This document shows, piece by piece, positions 59,101 through 64,000 of a stretch of 64,000 bases of DNA (position 1 is the stretch's first letter; every line of letters starts with the position of its first letter). The DNA lies in NCBI GenBank assembly GCA_036172245.1, contig JAYWIR010000001.1:10292001-10356000 (forward strand), in the 5' to 3' direction. Both the position numbers and the translations under genes were made by a program. Source of the DNA: Raillietiella orientalis. Lineage: Eukaryota. Below the pieces are notes generated by a model, which made no database searches, had not been told where the DNA came from, and worked only from the letters and a program-made list of their open reading frames with translations.

Positions 59101-61096
59101 TGCTTTCTTTTGAGAAATGAGAAACAAAACATCGTATGTGACCAGTCCAACGTACAGAATGTTAGCACCTAGAAACAGTACCATGTGCAATTATAGTTGA
59201 GGTACATTTCCGTCAAGGATAGCGAATTTTGGCCTTTTGGCCTTTACACTGTCGTCTCTGAAACACACCCCAGCAGCACTGTACATATCTTCACAACAGC
59301 AGCACATTTGATGAACGTTCGTACAGGACGTACGAAAAAAAAGTTCATTGCACCCTTAGGACGACGTGCAAGTTCTGTAGCTTTTTCCCGTTTCTCGATG
59401 GTTCTTTTTCTGGAAATTTTAATCCCAGCAGATAGGATACGTATTTCTTTCTTCAAACGAACTTTTTCCTCATAAAAAGAACTCCATGAATAGTCAAAAA
59501 CGGTTCAAAGGTGAGTGAGGTCAAAGATCGATCACGCAATTTTGCAAATAAGAAATGGCAAATCAATGAGCCCTTTTTCATCCTTCCTGATTCTAATATT
59601 CTCGTCCTCGTTTCATCTTGGACACTCCATAGTTCCCTTAGCTTCCATGAGGGATGGAGTTAGAAAGCCTGGCAAAACAGTCTGAATTTGTTTTCTGTTG
59701 CATCAGCTTTCGATGGGTTATCTCCACCCCATACTCATCTCCATCCTCTGCTTTGAGATCCTGTTATTTATTCTCCTTCGTTGCCACCCACGAAGCTCGT
59801 TAAAAATTTTCGTCTTCCCTAGAAAGACCAGCGGAAAAAAATATCTCGAGGCTGTGATGCATGCGGTAGAGGAAATAATAAGTGCACTGCAACTTTCGTT
59901 GGTTCCTCTAGCCATCAGGAGGACAGATCTCCAAAGCTGAATTCTTCCCGAGATGCCATGTAGCCTAACCTCTTCCAAAATGCAGATGGCTTTACATTTT
60001 TAGGTTCCTAGTCCCGCTTGCATCTTACGTCAACCCAGTCCGTCAATCTTCCTGTGGCATGACTACGGCTGCTTCAGCTGTAGCCTTTCAGCTTCCCGCC
60101 GTAGAGGACTATCGGCAGGCAGAAAAATAAGGGACTCTCCGGCGCGTCAGCACTGTGCTCTGTCTTGAATGCACCAAGGCTCTCCTCAACTGGAGACCAA
60201 ACACCTTTGTTCACCTTTGCGAAACCCTGCAATGTCTTTGCTGTTGACGACGAGCGTTTTCTAGACTCAACCAAGAAAACTGCGTGTTGAATTTCGTGCG
60301 AAAGTGCTTCCAAGGATGCCGCATGTTGATCCGTATATCTTAAAATTGCTGTTCCTCGTCCCCTTTAGTCTTTCATTGATAGAGATGGTTCATTCCATTG
60401 ACTAGTGTAGTGCTCAGATGCTGTCTTGGAAACCACTTTCCTAACCCTAATGCACGAAGTACTTCATTAGCGTTTTCCAGCTCTTATCTCATCCCGAATT
60501 TTCTTCTTTTAACTCGGAATCCAAATCGGAACTTGGTGATTTGCGGGTTCACACAGGAACAATCCGGTGGCCATTGGGTTTTTGTTCAACAGCTGTACCA
60601 AAAGCCCCTGGGTTACTTGTAACGTTGGTGGAAGACCCTGCCGTCTTCTCGTTGCTCTTTTGAGTGAACGACTTTCATCACGCTTTCCAGAACGAATGCG
60701 CACCGTTTGCTTTGGGGCGTGGTCGCCACTGCGAGTTCCGAGGTGTGCACTCTCGTGATAACACCAGCAACCGGTGTGCTGAGAACAGCACTGCCTTGCC
60801 GTGTTTCAGTTTCATTTGATAAAGGCTCAGATCACCACTGACTAGTGAGTTTCTGGTTTAAGGTGTGCCTTTAGCCGATTTCCGACGTCATCATTGCAGA
60901 TGCAGCAATGGTGGCGCTCGACTCGGAGGAATACGCGAGGATCTCGGCTTCGGTTTGAGTTTTTCGGCACTACGAATTTTTCGCTATTCGCTAAAACATT
61001 TTTTTCTTGTTTTTTGGAATTCGCTATTCGGATTGATTTGTGCGGATGCATCTTGATACCTGTTGGCTTCAGTATGTGAATTTTTAACATTCCTAG

Positions 61097-61248
61097 AGAT
61101 TAGGTTGTGTCCACGGTGAGGAGCTGTCCTATGTGTTTGGCACTCCGCTTCTGACTAACGGAGAAGACCACAGTAGGAACTTCACCCGTGCAGAGATGAT
61201 GCTCTCCGAAACAGTCATGTCAATGTGGGCGAACTTTGCCAGATACGG
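61097..61248 (+). CDS. Nlg: Neuroligin coding exon 5 (absent from the ORF track)
   Basis: TTCCTAG acceptor; hand translation RLGCVHGEELSYVFGTPLLTNGEDHSRNFTRAEMMLSETVMSMWANFARYG; donor GG|GTAAGA; phase 0-2. Confidence 0.93.
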
Positions 61249-64000
61249 GTAAGAAGATGCTCTTGCCTCGTGGACTGTTTGTAAAGTGCGATCAATTTCC
61301 ATGTTTGTAAAGACGCGTGATTTCTGTCCCGTCCTTCCATGTTATCCTCTATCGGCACTCTTCCCTCGCCGTTGATTGCCACATTCCAAATTTAAAACAA
61401 TTTTTATTTTTCCGTGACTTCCTAGAAACAGAAGAGCACGTCAGAACTTACCAACGCGGTTTTCTGTGGAGATTTCGTGATTTCTGTTGTCTTGGGAAAG
61501 ATCGTAGGAAATGCCCTTTCCTCGCAGCATCCATCTTATCCTAAGCATTCGAGATGCTGCGCTTACTGAAGGAGTATTTCTAAGAAAGATGGAGGACACA
61601 CAGATGAACAAAGTTGCGAGGGGATGGAATGGCTAAAACGCAAGTTGCCAGGAAAGATCTCCGAACTGTCAAAACGAGGTTCCATTGAAAGGTTAAATTC
61701 GGAAAATGACTTCTGTTAGGATGCCAGTGATGGAAAGAGCGCGTCAGATAAGGGAGGTTATCTTCAGCCAAAAACGTCTTCACCCAGCATTGAAATGGTT
61801 TGAAGATGGAATTAAGCTAATCCGTTGCACCGAGTGCAGTGGAATGGCCAGACTCATCATTGAACTGAATCAAAAACCAAATTCTTGTGAAACTTACGTT
61901 CTCTGGCTGCAACCCATGGTCATGTGAGACTTGCGAAAGAAATGAAAGAATCATTGGGATGCAAGAATTTACCGGTCAGTTGAAGGAACCCGACACTGCC
62001 AAGTTGATTGGAAAGATGACGTGGAAATTTTGAATTTATGAGCACAGACGTTCCTGGGAGATGCAGTGGATTCCTTCACTTCTGCTCAACAGAAAAAGCG
62101 ACTTCACTCATTGGAGAATACAAGCAGCAGCATTTATCTTCAGGCAGTTCCAAGAACTGGTAATGAAAACGATACTCCAGGGAAGCGAGTAGGTCTCGAT
62201 GTCTTTGATAAAGTCACAATGTTAGATAGTAATTTCCATGAACTGTCTGCGAGTCGAGCCAAGTTCCGGAATACTCTTCAAGTAGAGGAGGAGTCTGAGT
62301 TGAAACTCCAAAAGATGTTCGAGATGATCCTGCAACGGCCCTCAACACGCTCACTGCAAGAGCAAGAGTTTTGTTTTCGCGCCTCGATATAATTTCACCT
62401 GATGGTGGGATGAGAGAGAATCCAGGGCAATCCATCAGGTGTGAAATTGCGCTTCGCTTCCGATCGAAGAACCAACCGGCGAAGCCATCCTGCCGTTCTG
62501 AAAGCAAGGAGAATCCCATCGAGGCTGCGTTGATGATGCGAGTAAAGAGGCAGATGGAGCAGCGATGTGATTGGTAAGGGAATTTCTCAGAGTCCGTCTG
62601 GAAGGCGCTGCAGCGCTGTGGCTCACCACGGTGCGTTGCTCACGTGTGGAAACGAACGCTTTCCCGGTATTCACATATGCGATTCCCTTTATCGCTCTTG
62701 GAAACCTCGTTAACGATTTTCGCGGTCATGGAGTCACGTGATATCCTATTGGAAAGGGGGATGGGATGGACCCATATTAAGGTAATCTAATCCAAGGATT
62801 CCCGATGGAAGCGTTCTTCCATAACTGTGATGCATAACTGTTACAAGCTTCCTTATGGCTTCAAGAGAAGCATCTGCCCCATCTTCGAACCTGGTAAATT
62901 TTGGATGCCCTTCTTGCTTCCTGCACCGGGCCTTGTTAATGGTTTTCGGAGATTATGCGGTCCAGAAGCACAACAGGAAAACGCGAAGTTCAGAATGCAG
63001 CCTTCCTCAACGTGACCTGAAGGAGGGGATCGTGGATTCCTCCAAAACATGGAACAGAAGGGCAAATGAATCTCCAAGAGGCGAAATTTCTCAATTCCAA
63101 GAAGTTGCTTCTGCTTCAGATCAGTTCCGTTGACCTCTTGCATATGCTGACCTCTCTGCCTTGCGTTTTCGGGTTTCGTACTTCCATTGGTTTGCTGACG
63201 TGTTGCACGATCACGACACATCCTCGTACGTCGGACGCTTGAAGATGCGACCCTCACCAAGCAGCCGCCGTTCATTTTCGGATCTCTTTCGGTTCTTATT
63301 AATTGATTGTGCTCAGAGAATGAATTAGCGGAGGTTTAATTCACAAGTGGTTACGAACCACTTCTATTAATCGAGTTCGAGGAAATTATTACATCCAAAA
63401 AATTCTGTTTCAGTGATCCGAATTTCGAAACCTTAAGTCCACTAAAGCAAGATGGAGGAGGGGCTCCAGCAAAGAGCGTAAGATGGGAACCGTACGAAAA
63501 CGTTCACAAAAAGTACCTCAGCATAGGTAATTTTCCAAATTAATCTTTCAGCATCTCATTTGAGTAACATTTGCCAACTTTTCACGCATCATCTTTGAAA
63601 ATGTCCTCGCAAAAGAGTATTTTCAAGCATGTAGCATATCGATGTATCAGACATTCCGACGAAACCTTGGTAACCAGGAATCGAAATTTTGGTTACAAGG
63701 AAAAGCCAACTGTGGGAGTGCCTTCTGCAGACTGCTTGCAGGGTACCCAAAATTGGAAACTGTAATTTTCTATTTGTGGAAACTCAAATTTCCTGACACT
63801 TGCATCGCAGACACATGAAACACCTAAAGTGCCTCAGGAACTCGTGTTGAAAAATGGTTTCAGATGACCTTGGACAGGCTTTCTTGGTGACTCCTCGGAA
63901 TGTCGCCCTGGCAATTTCTAAAACAATTCTTCGACACTTTTCCTCGAAACACTCTTTTCTTTTTCCTCTTGCAATCACCACTTCCAGCAACAGATTCCCG

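Larger units (their letters stand above)
5264..61248 (+). other. Nlg: Neuroligin-family gene, 3'-partial (five coding exons in the window; paralog not assignable)
   Basis: Five segments with carboxylesterase-type motifs in the correct order (VVKTKYGQLRG, FLGIPFASPP, SEDCLYLNLYAP, PVLIFIHGESY, NYRLG, NFGLMDQIAAL, FGGDADNVTIMGHGTG, FKRAILMSGS, CVHGEELSYVFG, WANFARYG). All splice at GT-AG with matching phases 1,1,1,0,(2), giving 1616 nt of stop-free CDS. Confidence 0.95.

Noticed and set aside
59480-59516. Strong donor AAG|GTGAGT as a micro-exon in intron 4
   Set aside because: The nearest acceptors give 17 or 31 nt, which are not frame-preserving, and they are weak.

Overview
This is eukaryotic, most likely arthropod, genomic DNA; it is not a prokaryotic window. 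It is dominated by one long-intron neuroligin-family gene on the + strand (non-catalytic carboxylesterase/cholinesterase fold). Five coding exons (5264-5723, 12979-13137, 29827-30024, 46442-47088, 61097-61248) join through GT-AG introns of about 7.3, 16.7, 16.4 and 14.0 kb with compatible phases into one open frame of about 538 codons. The gene continues past the right edge: no transmembrane or cytoplasmic exon was found. The introns carry decayed transposon pieces read by eye: LINE endonuclease/RT, Ty3/Gypsy RT, a MULE-like piece, and DIRS/Ngaro-like RT, RNase H and tyrosine recombinase. They also carry a four-copy GC-rich repeat family with an internal repeat array. The best leads are (i) a 9-nt and a 36-nt frame-preserving micro-exon candidate at the position equivalent to vertebrate neuroligin splice site A, (ii) a possible ~7-kb decayed tyrosine-recombinase retroelement in intron 3, and (iii) an intronic hairpin resembling miR-932. 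All transposon and RNA calls come from manual motif reading without database searches. Most ORFs in the supplied track are judged spurious.
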